Origin: Gnetum montanum
Lineage: Eukaryota > Plantae > Gnetophyta
DNA: 64,000 nt
Direction: 5' to 3'
Assembly (NCBI GenBank): GCA_015680685.1
Contig: MNCI01001533.1
Span: 20,700-84,699 of the forward strand
The translations under genes and the position numbers were made by a program. Shown here one piece after another: positions 1 through 13,372 of the stretch (positions within the stretch are counted from its first letter, which is position 1; each line of letters opens with the position of its first letter). A model generated the notes under the pieces. That model did not search any database. It worked only from the letters and a program-made list of their open reading frames with translations, and was not told where the DNA came from.

Positions 1-287
1 AGACTTAGTAGAGGAGAAATGTGTGCAAGCACTTGCTCAAGTTGAGTGGTATCAAGAGAGGTAGAAGCAGCAACATCACCATGATTTAATCAAGTAAAAA
101 ATCAAGGAGGATGATCTTGTTTTCAATTCTATGTACAAACATGCAGATAAATTCTTAGCCAACTGGAAAGGGTCTTTCTTGGTCACTAAGGCCTATAGTA
201 ATAACACATTCCAAATAGCAAACATGGATTAGAATGAGTTGGCCAATTTGATCAACCATTCCTATCTAAAATCATATTGCATGTAGT
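1..287 (+). mobile_element. Degenerate C-terminal tail of a Gypsy (Tat-like) integrase
   Basis: Manual translation DLVEEKCVQALAQVEWYQER*K...KEDDLVF...DKFLANWKGSFLVTKAYSNNTFQI...NHSYLKSY matches the Gypsy integrase GPY/F tail (KLAPNWEGPY...N..HLK.Y). Contains in-frame stops. Confidence 0.75.
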
Positions 288-324
288 TGACAATAGCTAA
301 CAAGTGAGCCTACTTTACATGGAT

Positions 325-470
325 TTCTAGGGCCTAAAACTAGTGAAACCATAGCTTGCCACGGCCTAAAATGGGTAACACATCCTACTGAAGCTTTAAA
401 TTGGCACCATGATCTGCTAAGACCTTAAACTGGTACAACAGCCTACTAGGGTCTTAAATTGGCCACACTA
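325..470 (+). repeat. Degenerate ~33-bp tandem repeat (GGCCTAAAACTGG-like core) in the retrotransposon 3' UTR
   Basis: Five variants: ggcctaaaactagt, ggcctaaaatgggt, gctttaaattggc, ccttaaactggt, gtcttaaattggc. The same core recurs at ~6495-6545, 11425-11750, 12300-12345 and inverted at 22400-22470. Confidence 0.6.
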
Positions 471-1424
471 TTAACCTTTGATGACTATATCTACTACACT
501 GTTCTACATGGCCTTATGTGTTTCATTGTAATAACATGACTTGTTTGCTCAGTTCTCATGTCCTCTTGGAGTTGTGTTTGCAGGATAAAGCCTTGTACCA
601 TCACAAGAGTGCAACTCATCATGGCAAAAAGCCACTACATTTCCTTGATGTGCAAGATTTAATGAGGTTGTCCTACCTTATCAAGAGTGCTTGTACCATT
701 GCCCTTCATCTAGCACCACTCATTGAGCCCAACCCCATAGCCTGATTATAACCTTCCTTACCTTGGATGACAATGTTGAGTAATGTTTGACACTCATGCA
801 TTATGGCTATACAACATCCCTTTATCATGCTCCACTATCAAGTCTATTGCATGTAACACACTTTATGTAATGGAAAACTATCTATTCCATCAAGTGCAAC
901 ACGTCTCACTTGATGGAAAAACTAAATAAATACTAGCTTTGGCAAAGAAATCTAATGAATTTTTGATCCAACAAAATAAAAATAAAAAGGGGGAACTAAA
1001 CTACTAACAAGCCAAATGATCAATGAAGGCTTAAAGCCTAAACTAGTGGATCCAAACATAAAAATGAAGCCTAATGGCCAAAGAAAACTTGGAGTTAAGT
1101 ATTGGGTCCTCAAACACATTCGTTGAGTGACCAACACTTTCAAAGATGAAGTGCCAAAAACACCAATAGACCAACCTGTTTGTACCATAGCCATGATATC
1201 AACATTAAGAGGCATTATTAACCTTGATGACCATTTTTCCACAACCTCACTACCGTTTCACTATCATGACCTTCTTCCATCATCACAAGGACTCTTGAGC
1301 ATGGTTCGACACTACTAGATCAAGCACAAAGAAGAAGCATTGGTGATGGACCTGTAGTGGTGTTTTGTATTCTTTGTCAATATTTCTCAGGTTAATCCTC
1401 TAGACATCAATAGAGAGGGTCTAA

Positions 1425-3154
1425 TGAAACACCACCAAATTTCATGTTGCAACCTTTATTTTCCAACATGGGGTAAGGATTCATTACAAATGTGAGATAT
1501 GTAGTCCCTGTGCTAAAATCCTGCATACTTTAACTTTCTGAGGCCAAAAATGCTTCAAAAGTTATTACTTCCTTATTTTCTAAGCAGAAAAGGGTATTCC
1601 ATGTCCATATTTTGGCTTGGGAAGGCCAAAAACACATTTTGAATGGCTAAAAACAACATTTTTCTAGGTTTTTGTAGGGGTATAGCCCCAACTACGCTAG
1701 AGCCATTTTCAGTAGTCACAGTAACTACACTTTTAGTAGTTACAATAGCCAAAGTAGTCAATAGTAAGATCCAATAGAAGTGTAATGTTGGAATTGTTGG
1801 AATTTCTAATTTTTCCAACAAGTAGCATAGTCACTCCAAGTCAACAATGACCAACGTAGAAGCATTCTTCACCAAGCATGGCACTTTCCAATAGATTCTA
1901 CCATTTCTGTAGTTTCCAACTTTTTCCACATTTTGTACCACGTTTACCATTTTTCATCAACTTGAGTGTAGTCCACCAATGCCAACATGGTAGGAATGGT
2001 GTCAATGTAGTCATAAAATTCTATTTACTATTTATGGTAAATGAATAGGATTTGTGAGTATAGCCCATTCTAGACTTACCATAAATGGAAACTACACTAA
2101 CAGTAGATGACTATTGATCATTACTAATATAGTGAAAGGATGATCAACGTAGTCACAAAAGTCCATTTACTATTTATGGTAAATAGATGGGTTTTATGAG
2201 TGTATTCCATTCCAACTTACTAAAAATAACAACTACATTGACAGTAGATAACTAACTATGCTGGTAGTAGTAACCATTACAAACCCATAATTAATGCTAA
2301 GTTGTCAACAATCAATAGTAATCAATGAAATACCTAAAAATGGTAATCCTAAACCTTTAAATACTCAACATTAATACCATTTTTAGGTTCCAAACTTTGG
2401 CACAACAATTTTAGCAATTTGGCATTTTCAACCTTCACAGTAGTTTTGAACCTCCATCATCCATCAAATCCATTTGCAATTCAACTACACTTTTAGTGAT
2501 AGAAACTGGCACTACACTAGGTGTAGACACCCCCACATAACTACCATTGCATTGAAAGTGTAAATCTAATTCCATTCTCACATTACAAACTTGGTGAAAA
2601 TCGATAGAAAGTTGACAAATATCAAAGCTAGAAAGAAATTGGATCATGGAGTAGTGCCTTCTCCAATAGACTTCAAGCATCAACAACCAACTTCCTATGC
2701 AATTAGCATAAGCTTGTACATGATGAACCTAATTCTTTCATACTTTTTATAAATTTTTTTATTCATGTTATGCAATTTTTTGTTTCCATTTCCATTTTTG
2801 CACTTATTTCTATAATTGCAATTTTGTTTCCATTTTTTCACTTATTACTATAATTGCAATTTTTTTCCATTTTTGTTTTCAGTAGGCTATTTCTATTCCC
2901 ATTTTCATTCTCATTCCCATTTATTTTTCCATTTTCATTTTTTTTTTTTTGCTTTTTGATTTTATTTATGATCATGTTTGCATTTCCAAAACCACTCCCA
3001 TTTACACTTCGTAAGTCCCTAGATGATCAGCAAGACCATCCATGGTACCTTAAATTCTGTTTTTCAAAGGCCCTTGGGATTTCAGGTTAAAACTATTCCA
3101 ACACTCAAATGTTTTGATTTCCCATTCCAACAACCAATATTTCTAGCTCCAATA
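1425..3154 (+). mobile_element. 3' LTR of a Tat-like Gypsy element
   Basis: Begins TGAAACACC directly after the purine tract agagagggtctaa. Collinear with 13373-14864, and homology stops at ...ctccaata / ...ctctaata. Same TGAAACACC start as the LTR at 29488. Confidence 0.75.
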
Positions 3155-3499
3155 CTAGTCATAGCTATGCACCAAACATAATCAGTGCCACAACCCATCA
3201 CATTTCATTTCTCTACGCTATTCACTACCTACTCATGGTTCATACAAACTTCATCAATGGTTGTCACCATCGCCAACCCATTAACTGATTAGGTTGGGCT
3301 CACTATGGAACCCCATGAAACCTAGGGGTCATATACCCCTTTTATTCTATTTATGTCATAAATATCAGCACAAACATCTTACTCATTTGGCCCACCAACC
3401 ACAGCAATAATGCAGCCTCTCCCCTCCATTCTACAACCAATAGCAAGGCCAAAAGCCTTCCAAAAAATGTCATAACCATTTGTGAACACCTATAGCCTA

Positions 3500-6196
3500 C
3501 AAGGTTACAACAAGACCTAGATCAAGCCTTCCAAATGATCCAAGACTTGATGGAGGAGTTGAAAAGGATGAAAGCATCTACAACTCAAAGCGTCAAGATT
3601 ATCAACTTTTACCAAGATGATCCTATCAACCTTGTGATCCCACCTTTGATGCTTCTTCCTAGTATCCCTATCCCTCAATTTAGGAAATACAATGGAGAAG
3701 GTGATCCAAATGCTCATCTTATAACCTTTCTATCTATTTCAATCATGGCCATACACCATAATGAGGATCTTCCCTATGTCCCTAATAGGGAAAGCGCTTG
3801 ACTAGTATCATGCCTTACCTAGAGGATCTATATCCTCTTTGGAAGACTTGATAGTTCAATTCATTAACTACTTTAATTACAACTTGAAGCTTGACACCAC
3901 ACTTGATCAACTGATAAAGGCCAAGCAAGGACCACTTGAAGTAGTACAAAAGTTCATTTAATAATGGAACAATCTTCTAAATGAGATACCATAGCCTATA
4001 GTCAAAACCCACCTTTTGGCTATATTGCAGAGGTTAGTTAATGTTTTTATCAAGTGTAAGCTATACTACCTTGATCCATAGTCCCTTAGTCAAGCATTCT
4101 TCTAGATCAAAAACAAAAAGGATGTTGCAAAAACCAATCACGACCCTACTTATGTGGCATAAAAGAACCAACACGGGTAGAGAGATAAAGAGAGAGGTAA
4201 ATAAAATAATATAGCTATGGTGAAAATGACCAAAGAAGCCAAAATGACTAAATAGGGGCCAAGGAACAAGCAACTAAAGATCCCTACTAACAACCATGAT
4301 AGCGAGCCATCAGCCTTTGGGGCCACTACATTGATCACATCTAGGCCCAAATTTACGTAGAAAGATCATTCTAAGTACACCAAGTTACCCCTTAATTTGT
4401 CAAAGCTTTTAGACCAACTATTGAAGAGTGGTATGATCCAATATAAACAAATGATTGGAAATACTCATAAGAAGCATTATAGGTTATGCGAAATAGCTAA
4501 GGATCCCACTCGAGCTACCAAAGATGACTTTCCAATGCCCAAGTACTTTAAGCTTGACCGCTTCTTCCACTATCATTAGTTGCTAGTCCATGATACTAAC
4601 TTTTGCCTTGCAATGAAGGATGACCTGTAAAAAATGATAGATAAGGGTGAACTGGTACTAGATACTTCAAACCCAATCAGACCTCAGAATTAGTTAATGC
4701 ACATATATAATGACCCACTGAATGCCAACAATAGCTTATATACCATATTAGCATGTAACATTCATAATGATCAAAGGTCCACAAGGGAACCATTTGTGAT
4801 TCGAATGCCTTCTCACAATGAAAGGGGTCCTTCATCTTTTGCTATCTCAAGACCCCCCTTTGTTGTAAGGGTGCCATCACCAATGCCCCTCAAAGAGCCC
4901 TTTGTACTTAGAGTTCCCCAACCCATTCCAATGGAGTCCACCCACACAATGAAGCAAAAACCCCCCATGGTGGCTAATGCAATGTCTTCTTCCTCACAAT
5001 CAACCACAGATAATAAGAATTTCCCAACCAAAGAACGGAAGAAGGCTACATAGAAATCCAACAAGAAAAATGATAATTAGGTCCAAGGATAGAGGGAAGT
5101 GGGCCTGCTGAAGCCCACTCCCATCTCATTTGTTTCCATGACCTTCACAACCCAACAAGTAAACCATAGGAGGAACCCAAATCTCAAGAGGAAAAGAAAG
5201 AGGCTAGACCACAACAACAACCGAAACACGAAGTTTGCATTTTGGGATGTATGGAGAAAGTCAAAAACAACAAATCAATGACTAGTAACAAAGACTTCCT
5301 TAATGCGATGGAATAGGTTAAGTAATCACTCAAGCAATAGAACACAACCCTAAGCTTATATGACCTAGGCATGACTTCTATTATCCATTGCAAGGCATTG
5401 GTTAAATTTTTGACCTCTATTCCTATTAGTGAGGACATCCCCCGTGATGAAGAGTCTATACCCTATTTTCTTAGGGAATTGTAGTTAACATCACTAGTGA
5501 TTTGTGATAGTGAGATCAAGAAAAACCTCCAAAATGGTGAGGCAACCAAGGCACCCCTCTTCATAACCATATGGGTTGGACAATATAAAGTACATAGGGT
5601 ATATGTAGATGATGTTCTGGCAAGCAATGTCATACCTTATACCATCATTGAGCACTTGGACCTGATAGAATAGATGTAACATATGTTGACTTTAGCCCTT
5701 AAATTCTTTAATAGATTACAAGTTGCAGTTAAAGGCTACATTTCTCTAGATTTTATAGTAGGAGAACAATTCCCCACAATAGTAGATTTCTTGGTGGTAG
5801 AAGAAACATAAGGATTCAACCTCATCTTGGGAAGACTTTGGTTGGCTTAATTGCGAGTTGTCTTCACCTATTCATCAAGAAATCCACCTGCCTTACAAGA
5901 GAGGTGAAATCATTATCCATAGTAATAGTGCAGTCCCTTTAGCTATTAACAATGTCAATATCGAACAAGGATCCAAAGTGGAGTTTCAAAAGGAAACTCC
6001 TACCATTGGCCACAAAATTGAAGAGGATGATAGAGCAAAAGAGGTTGAAGTAAATAAAAATGAACAAATTGATGCACTATGGGGAGAGCTCCCCTTCAAC
6101 ATTGTCAGTGAAGGATATAGAGAATATAAATTGATGCAAAAAAGACCATACACATTTCCTAATCTCTCGAAGATTAAGAAACAATTGCACAAGTGA
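3500..6196 (+). pseudogene. Decayed Gypsy gag + aspartic protease (Tat-like)
   Basis: PQFRKYNGEGDPNAHLITF (retrotransposon gag); FFHYH..GH zinc-knuckle-like site near 4560; protease FITIWVGQYKVHRVYVDD near 5560-5620. Homologous to the better preserved copy at 32420-35580. Many stops and frameshifts. Confidence 0.85.
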
Positions 6197-6879
6197 TATA
6201 TGCTCTTGATCCTTCTTATATCCTATGTTCTTATAACCCTATAACTAGATGTACCTATAGCCTAATAGGCTAGTCATTTACTTTACTATGTGAATTAAAT
6301 TTAAGTTTTCCTATACTTTAAAGTTTACTTTGGTTTTGCATGCTTTTACGTTTAAAGCTTTTCTTTTCTTTTCCTTTATTCTCAATAGAAAAAAACCTCA
6401 TACAAATCCTTAAAGTTAAAAATTCCATAAAAATTTTAAAACACAAAATAACCAAAAAAATGTGTTTTCTTTTCTGTATTCTATAGCCTGCCATGGACTT
6501 AAATTGGAAAATACTGCATGGCCCACCATGGCCTAAAACTAGTAGACAACCTTGCAACTCATTCTTGCTTCAATTTATAGCCTTGCTTTTTAGACCTTTC
6601 AACCCTTTTATCGCATTATAACTAAGTTTAGCCAACATAGCCTCAAAACATAGATTACAATGTGGAATCGTAACATAAGAAAAACCAAGATACTAGAACA
6701 TTATAACTAGAATTAAAACTAAAACTTAAAATTAAAATTAAAACATCTACAACATCATAACCATATCCACATAATGTGCCAAAAATGTCCAAATAATAAA
6801 CTATCAAATAATAAATTATTTTGAGTAACACTAGCCATACATCATCATCAAATGAAACCAAAACATTGAAACTGAATGA

Positions 6880-8650
6880 CAACTGATGCCCTTACCACTA
6901 GGGCTACCAATATCCTCTGGTCCCTATAACATGCCAACATACAACCGATCAGTAATTAATGCACATCAAAAAAAATAAGTAACTTAGGCAAAAATAAAAT
7001 GTAATAAAACCAAAACTAAAGCAAGCAAAGCCAAGATGGTTCTGAGGCTACATGTTCCATGGGGAAGCTTTGAAGACCAACGTCTAGATACTGGATAAGT
7101 TGATGTTCAAACATGTTAGCTCAGTCTACATCCCCAAGATTAATACCTGTAAGGATATTAGTCCTATCAACATCACTCCATGTAGGTGGCTCATGTGAAA
7201 ACATGGTGGTAATTACCTTCCCTAAGGTAGTAGTCACCTAGCGAGTAGGGGAGTTGGCTACAACCAGACTTTTCACAAACATCTTATAAGTCTCCTTTGC
7301 ATTAATCTCCATCATGAACAACTCTAGCCCCACCATCTCTATAACCACCAAGATGGGCTTCAAGAAGGCCCTGTAACATTCAACCACAATTGTTATAACC
7401 ATATAGGCCAAAGCCAAAACTAAAAATGCATCAAATTAAACAAGATAACCATTTTAGCCACACAACATAGAAACCAACACTTAGAAAAAATTCAAAACAT
7501 AATCCGAGTCTATAACCCAAAATCTATACTTCACACTAGAATGACCATAGGAAATCACTTACAAAAGATACCAAAAAATTCTTAATTTAATCCAAACCAC
7601 TTCTAGTTCCTTCCCAACATCCCAAAATATCCCTAGGATCATGGGATGTTGAGGGAAAAAGTTTCCAAAGTCTCAACGTTTCCCATCCTCACAAGGGTAA
7701 ATGAGTAACAACCATAAAACCATGATTTCATGTGACCCTATAGAAACGTTTGTAGAAAATTAACCACTTTTTCATTTTTGATGATTCCATAGCCATTGGA
7801 ATCAAAAAACCATGAACTACAATTTCATAATAAGAAACCATAAAACTTATTAATCATATTTTCAAAAATAAATTACCAAACTGACCTAACTATGGCCGTC
7901 ATGCCAAAAACCCATTTTCATGTGAGCTCACAAAAACTACCGTAAAAAAACCAAACTATTTATCCAAATTTGATGGTTCAAAGTTCATTATAATTCTTGA
8001 AAGATAAACTAGGAATCCATAATCATCAAATATAAAATGTCATAACCATTTACTATAAAACTAATTCCCAATCTTAGATAAAAATGGCCTAAAAATGAAA
8101 AACCCACTTGACGTAGCCTCATAGAAATAACCATAGAAAATTAATTGTAAGGAAAAATCAAGTGGTTCAAAAATCCCACTAACTTAAAAATGGTATAAAA
8201 TAACCCCATGACATTAGAAAATTAAAAAATCTAACTATTTTCTTAGAAAAAAGTTTCAAATGTGGCATTTCTTTTTTGGGAGAAAAAAGTAAAAGCCAAT
8301 GAAAATCATGGAAAAAAATTTAAACCTTAATGTAAATAAAACCCAAAGCCCAAGTAATGCTAAACATGAATAAACATGGGCTAGATCTATGATGGGATTT
8401 TTACCAAATTGTACAATAAAAAATATGCAAGGCTAGATCTTGGAAATGGAATAAACCTCGAAAATAGAATACGTGGAACAAATAGAAAAACTAGAGAGAC
8501 TAGTGTACCTAGGAAAGACAGTGATTGAACCCTCCCCAATCCTTGGATGAGGAAGATGTGATAAGCCCTAGGTAGCTGCCTCTACCTCCTCCAACATAGG
8601 ATTCCTAATGATAACCTTCTTCTTCACCAAGGTGTAGGAAATAGGTGCTA
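6880..8650 (-). pseudogene. Internally deleted copy of the element's antisense spliced gene
   Basis: Reverse complement matches 17000-18400 and 21720-22000: ttaatcttggggatgt.gact at ~7120-7145 vs 21728, cag|ggccttcttgaagcccatcttg at ~7350-7375 vs 18340, gatattggt.gccctag at ~6900 vs 21957. Confidence 0.6.
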
Positions 8651-8689
8651 GAAATGTAGAAGATCTTTTTCTTTTTGCAGTCCTAGAGT

Positions 8690-11350
8690 GACTACGCTAG
8701 CTGTAGTACCACAAGTAGCTATGAATATGTTGAAGCTAGGTAGTAATGACTACAATAGTGCTCCAACCTAGGTGTGGTAGCAAGGAAGTGTGAAAATAAT
8801 GATGCTTTACAAGTTTTCCAACTAAAATCCACTTAACCCTAAGCAAACACCTTGGAACCCTGGTTTTCATTCACAAATCCACTTAACTTGGTGATGAAAT
8901 TAGAAAATAGGGACTACATTGGATTATGAAGATATTTTTTATAAAAACTTGCTAATTTCATGTTGAACCCACTAGATGCTCCAAAAAACACCTAAAACAC
9001 CATAACTATGCTAGGATTCTTGGGTTTTTAGGCTTGACTACGCTAAAGATGGCATTCCTAGAAGCCTTGGAATAATTAAATCCTTCCATCCTCCCTTCCT
9101 AAATCCCATCCTAAGCCCCTTGTAGTCATGGAGCATGGTCAAATGCATTAAACTTTGTCAAAAATTAATGATTTTCCATTACTAAGCTAGGGAAACCCAA
9201 GGACTACGTTGGGCCAGCATAGTCCTAATTAATGCCCAACATAGTCCATGATGGGACAAACTTCTCCTAGTCCACCTACCCCAAATCAACTTTAAATGAT
9301 CATCCTACCTCATTGAACCTTGGCTAGAGCTTCCAGTAGCATCAAAACTTGGTCAAATGCATTCAATTGTTCCAAACATTAGTCATTCTCCATGACTACG
9401 CTGGGGAAACCCAAGCACTACGCTGAGCCAGCATAGTCCCAATTGATGCCCAACGTAGTCCACTTGCAATCCTTAAAATAGGCATGCACAAACTCAAATC
9501 CACCTCCTAAGAACTCAAAACCATTACAAGGTAAAAATAGAAACAAAAATTCAATTTTTCTAAGACCAAACTCCATTTTTCTAGAGTGACTACACTAGGC
9601 TTACTTAGACACTGGTGGTGGCCAATGTAGTCCACCTAGAAAGCCTTGAACAACTCACCTCCAAGTCCAACTTACCTCCTAAGAACCTTAAAACACCATA
9701 GAACTAAATACTAGGTCAAATCTTACCACTTTTCCCATTGTTCAAGTATCTAAACACTAACTACATTGATGGAAAATTGGGATTATGTTAGGCCAGCATT
9801 GAACTTACCCAAGCCCAACGTAGTCTCACCAAGAATTACTAAAATCCATCAAAAACCATTCAAATTAACCTCTGGTAAACACTAAAAATATATCTAAGCT
9901 TGTTTGACTAAAAAACCTACATTTTTCACTATTTTGAAAACTACCACCTTGACTACACTAGAGAGATAAGGTGACTACACTGGACCAACATAGTCATTGG
10001 TTGAGCCTAGTGTAGTCCATGAAAGAATAACTAAAAACAATGCAAAAAATAACCTAAATTCACTTTTGGATAGCCCGTGGACCTTCTTGGAACCTACCTT
10101 GACCATGAAAGCATGTATTGACCATGCCAAAGTGCCAACTACGCTGGGGAAAGTTGTGACTATGTTGGGCCAGCGTAGTCACTGCAATGATCCAATGTAG
10201 TCCACATTTTAAGGCTTAATCCAAGTCAAATCAAACTAGGAAAAAATCGTTTTTTGATTGTAGTACCTTGCAGAGCTACATTGAGATCATCAAACCTTAA
10301 AGTTGAGCTAGAATTCATCCTATGTTGAAAGAAATTAGGATTGGCCAATGTAGTCCCTACCCAAGCCCAGCGTGGTCCACCTAAATTTGTCAAAAAATGA
10401 TAAAAATAACTTAAAGTTTACTTTTAGGAGTCTTGAGGTCCAACAAAGTTAACTTTAGCAATAAAACTCACTTTTTCCAATTCTTGAAACCTAACTACAC
10501 TAATGGAAAATTGGGCCTACACTAGGGTAGTGTAGTCCCTATAAGGACCAAGAGTAGTTCACATGAAGATGACCAAAACTACCTAAAAAGTTCTTAAATT
10601 GACTTCCAAAAAGACCTAGAACCCTACTAGAGTATTCCCAAACCTTAGAACCTTGGGAAACAAGTCAAGATTCATCCTTTTTCATCATGTTTCCATCACA
10701 ATACCTCAACTACATTAGGAACTACATGCACAACATAGTCACAACATATTTGATCATTCAAGACTCAAATAGGCACCAAAACTGGCAATTTTGACACTAA
10801 ATCCAGTAGCACCAATGATCCGAAAAGCTCATTAGCATGGTCAATTGAGCTCCAAAACTCATCAAAACCCATTTCCCATTCTAGACTATGCTAAAGAAGC
10901 TAATGACTACACTAGGTTAGCATAGTCATAATAGGAAGGGAAAATATGGCAACAACAATCAATAGTAAATAACTCAAAATAGCTCAAAACTAACCCAGAA
11001 CGCCTAGAACCTCACCCCCTTGTTACCTAACCACAATTCCACTTTGTTTCATTCCTGGAAATCCCATGAACTCATCTATTCCTTATGGTTATGCAAGGAC
11101 TTACTAGTCCAATGTAGTTACCACTAGAAACATGCTTTTTTAACCTTTTGGAGGATCAAAATGGTGTCAAAACCTGCAAATCTTCAATACCCACCCCCTA
11201 CGCCAGCTATCTGGACCACTGGGAGCTCAAAAGTGATCATACTAAGCATGGGAAACTACCCCTAAATGTTGACTACGCTGGAGAATGCATGGCTACACTG
11301 GGCTAGCATAGTCACCAATAGGGCCCAACATAGTCATAAGAAAATGCCAA
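8690..11350. repeat. Dispersed array of short inverted motifs GACTACGCTGG / CCAGCGTAGTC and their C-to-T variants
   Basis: Dozens of copies, often as close inverted pairs (ggactacgttgggccagcatagtcc at ~9201, gactacactggaccaacatagtc at ~9973, gactatgttgggccagcgtagtc at ~10158). Confidence 0.8.
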
Positions 11351-12049
11351 TTTTGCTTCAAAACAACCCCCTCATGTGCCTAAACTCTCCTAGCAAATTT
11401 GTAGCCCCATTCCATGGCCCACTAGGGCCTAAAACTGGTAAAATCTAACACTATTTGACTAGTATTTTATCACCTGCATTCCATTCTAATGGATTTGACC
11501 TTATTTAATGGAGTTTTGGCTTGTTTTGCATTGTTTGCCCTTATTACCATCAATTCACCTCATCTAGCCTTTAGTTTCATCACATTTATCTTTGTTTTTA
11601 CTATTATAGCCTCTATTGCCTTCTATCTAGCCTTTGATTGATGTTAAGTAATGGGATTTGATCATCTTTGACCATCATTTGACATCATGTAGCCATGGCC
11701 TTCCAAAGCCTTAAACTAGCAACATGGCATGCGAGGGCCTAGAACTGGCCTAGTGCAATCTTATTTTCCATATTTGAAATTATTTTCCATGTTCTTATGG
11801 TGTTTAAACTAGTTTTGACATTCTTTTAACTTTGTTTGACCTTCATTCCATCTAATTTATCTTCACCTACATCCTCTAGCTTTAGTTAACCTTGTTCTCA
11901 TTTTGATTGACACTAGGATAGCATGTGTTTGCATATTTACTAAGATATTTTATACCATTTTAAGCATTATTTACTCATTTTCACTCAAGTGCTACTTAAT
12001 GAGCTTATGGTAGATATGCAAGATTATAATATGGACACCATAACATCCC

Positions 12050-13372
12050 CATAACCTCAACAAGCACAAGATCAAGGAAGGGGGTCTAGTCCTCAAAGCC
12101 ATTTGTGAGCATGCAAACAAATTCTCAGCCAATGGGGAAGGATCTTTCTTGATCACCAAGGCCTACCACAATGGGGCCTACCAAATAGTAGACATAGATG
12201 AAAATGATTTGGTCAATCTTATTAATCATTCCTACCTAAAGTCATATTACATGTAGCTAACAACTACCAACAAGTGAGCTTGCTCTCCATAGCTTGCAAA
12301 AGGTTTAAACTGGCAACACAGCCTGTTAAGGCCCTAAACTAGCAACACATGTGACCTTTGGTAACCGGGTTTGCTAACTATTCTATGTGACCTTATGTAT
12401 TTCATTGTAACAACATGATTTTTTTTTGTTTGATTTTCTTGTTCTCTTTGAGTTATTCTTGCAAGGTAAAGCCTAGAGTCATCATGGAGGTGTAACTTAT
12501 CATGGCCACAAGTCGCCATGCAACCTCGATGTGCAAGATTCTATGAGTTTGTCCTATCATGCCAAGAGTGCTTGTTTCATATCATTTTCACTATCATTCC
12601 CTTGAGCCCAACCCCATAGCCTAATTATAACCTTCCTTACCTTGGATGGCAATGTTGACTAATGTTTGATACTCATGTACTATGGCCATACATAATTCCT
12701 TTATCATGCTCCACCATCAAGACCATTAAGTGTAGCACACCTCATTTAATGAGAAAACCACCAAGTCCACTCGAATGTAACACATCTCATTTAGTGGGAA
12801 ACCATCGATGCCATCAAATGTAACACATCTTACTAGATGGGAAAAACCAAATCAAAACTAGCTTTGGCAAAGAAACCCAATGAAGGTTTCACCCCATAAA
12901 AAAATGGGGGAAGCAAATTGCCAAGAAGCTAAATCACCAATCAAGCCTAAAGGATAGATCAATGGCTCCAAACATGCAAAAGGAGAAGCCAAGTAGCCAA
13001 AAAGACCTTGAAGTAGGCCAAAAGACCTTGAAGTAAGATGTTGGTCCCTCAAACACATTTGTCGAGTGAATCACACTTCAAAGCATGAAGTGTGAAGCTC
13101 AAATGAATTGACCAACATGTTTGTGTCACATTGTAGTTATGATGTTAATTCTTTGAATGCATTGTTAACCTTCATGACCATTTTCACATCACCTCATTAC
13201 TTGTTACCCCATTATAATCTCATCCCATCATCATGAGCACTCTTGGCCATCGTTTGATGATGCTGAATCAAGCATGGAGATGGCATGTTGGTGGTAAACC
13301 CATAGTGGTGTTTTCTATTCTTTGTCGATATCTTTTAGGCTAATCCTCTAGACATCAACAAAGAGGGGCCAA
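12050..13372 (+). mobile_element. Short integrase C-terminal tail + 3' UTR + polypurine tract; second copy of ~100-1424
   Basis: HANKFSANGEGSFLITKAYHNGAYQI...NHSYLKSYYM*. Collinear with the window start. Three ~40-bp tgtaacacatctcat repeats at 12730-12850. PPT aagaggggccaa precedes the LTR. Confidence 0.8.

Noticed and set aside
8690-11350. CRISPR-like repeat-spacer array
   Set aside because: Motifs are ~11 bp, degenerate, in both orientations and irregularly spaced; eukaryotic context with no cas genes.
12730-12850. Hammerhead-ribozyme-like repeats in the 3' UTR
   Set aside because: No intact CTGANGA...GAAA core with flanking stems; treated as a short tandem repeat.
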